DNA of 64,000 nt from Geosiphon pyriformis uo1. Its lineage: Eukaryota; Fungi; Glomeromycota. The notes beneath the pieces are model-generated. The model was given only the letters and a program-made list of their open reading frames with translations. It did no database searches and was not told the origin of the DNA. Shown here piece by piece: positions 62,701-64,000 of this stretch. The DNA lies in contig JAAOMT010000324.1 of the NCBI GenBank assembly GCA_016748015.1, forward strand, positions 62,001-126,000, in the 5' to 3' direction. Position numbers and translations under genes: made by a program. The stretch's first letter is position 1. Every line of letters begins with the position of its first letter.

Positions 62701-64000
62701 GACTCAAATTTATACAGATGTTAGATTTTTTTCCAATGTAGTATTGAGAAAAGTAATTATAAATAAACAGTTTTCTTATTTGATATTGGTTATTTTATAG
62801 CCCATAATTAACTATTAGTTATAGTTTAGTTTTGTTGTATTAGATATATGTTATAAGTAGAATATAATAATTAGAAAAGATCTTAAGACCAAGGCTTGTT
62901 TGCCATATGACTTTCTAGTAAGACTTTGCATTATTTTTTTTTGTATAATCTGAAACTTTTTGAGCAAGTGCAGTCTAAAGAAAAAGTGACTTCTTTAATT
63001 GTCTTTTCCAATATACTGAGCATTTTTAGGCATTTGTTTAAGTATAGGTTTTTGAATTTGCAGATTTTGGAATAGTCTTCTTTGGATCTATTACAATTTC
63101 TTATTAAGTTATGTGTTAGTCTGGTAAACAATTTTTTGGCTAAGGTTGTTAAAATTTTTTTGGCCAATGATTAATCTTTGATAAACAATTTGCTTAGTGC
63201 TTTTCATGATTTTGATAGAATTCCAATATCTGATATTTTGGAAAAATCTCTGTATTATCATTTTGTTTTTTTTTTGAAGTCATTTGGTATTGCTTTTGGT
63301 AACAGATTTTTAAACAAAAAGAGATGTGTTATGGACTAAAAAACATTTCAGAAGTAGAAAAAATTGGATCTTAGAAGCTTTGTGTTTCTTTGGTTTAAGT
63401 TAACATTTGTGTTTTTGAGTGAAATAAATTTTTTGGAGATTGAATCTGCTAATGCTTATGGATTACGTAAATTAAATATGTTAATGTTTGAAAAATTTTC
63501 TAATATGCATAGGAATCTGTTTGAAATTTGGTCTGATTTTATTAAGGTTTACATAGACAGTTCTTTAAGATACATTGGTTTTGCTGAAGTCACTAATAGA
63601 GTGACTGCTTATTTTCTGGCTTTAAATATGAATATTAGTATAAAAATGCATAGGCTTTTGTTTTTTATATTAGCTGAATTACAAGCTCTTGTGTTAGTAT
63701 TAGAGTGTGTTCTGTTTTTTGTGTTGTAGTTTTATATCTGAATAGCCAATCTGCAATTAATGTATGTTTATCTAAGGTTTTGTTTATTACACTTAACTTT
63801 TACAATCAGTGTTGAATTAAAAGAAAACATATTGCTAATTTAATTAAGGATAAATATCTTTTTGTTATGTAAGTAAAAGTTAAAAGACATTTAAATATTC
63901 CTGGTAATGTTTAGACTAATACAATAGCAAGTGAAATTGTTAACTCTTCTTTTTATTGCCAGCTGGGATTTGTAAATGGTTTTTAATAACTGATAAAACA
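56768..64000 (+). mobile_element. LINE-c, a related but distinct family, strongly decayed, runs off the window; split by a solo LTR
   Basis: ORF1 remnants (LWQKALVEF, ALLYTLPVG); ORF2 from ~60155 with APE, RT (AGAFINN for AGAFVDD, YRYLGIFLS) and RNH (VYIDSSL, LAELQAL). 5' end approximate. Confidence 0.9.
57400..58816 (-). mobile_element. Solo LTR, family E (1417 bp)
   Basis: TGTTATCAGA...TCTGGTAACA inverted ends; 4-bp TSD ATAT/ATGT; LINE ORF1 resumes on both sides. Strand inferred from the GTATATATAGC TATA-like motif at ~57996-58006. Confidence 0.85.

Overview
This is eukaryotic, very AT-rich, almost entirely nested-transposon DNA. The element types suggest an early-diverging fungus (Glomeromycotina, possibly Geosiphon-like), but that assignment is inference only. 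Family letters A-E are my own labels. The window holds: (1) several families of Ty3/gypsy LTR retrotransposons, including near-complete copies at 1-9464 and 19025-28991, fragments and two solo LTRs; (2) three APE-RT-RNaseH LINEs; (3) a long-TIR foldback element containing a hairpin MITE; (4) a truncated DNA transposase; (5) a ~790-bp LTR-derived palindrome; (6) one small CpG-retaining probable host gene (54362-54961) with a canonical PIP-box. The gypsy elements have an unusual layout: Gag - protease - Cys-rich Zn module - dUTPase - RT - RNaseH - integrase (no chromodomain) - conserved non-env ORF3. All repeats are inactivated by heavy, directional C>T/G>A mutation in all dinucleotide contexts (RIP-like), with a load that tracks nesting order. 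No rRNA, tRNA or CRISPR was found.
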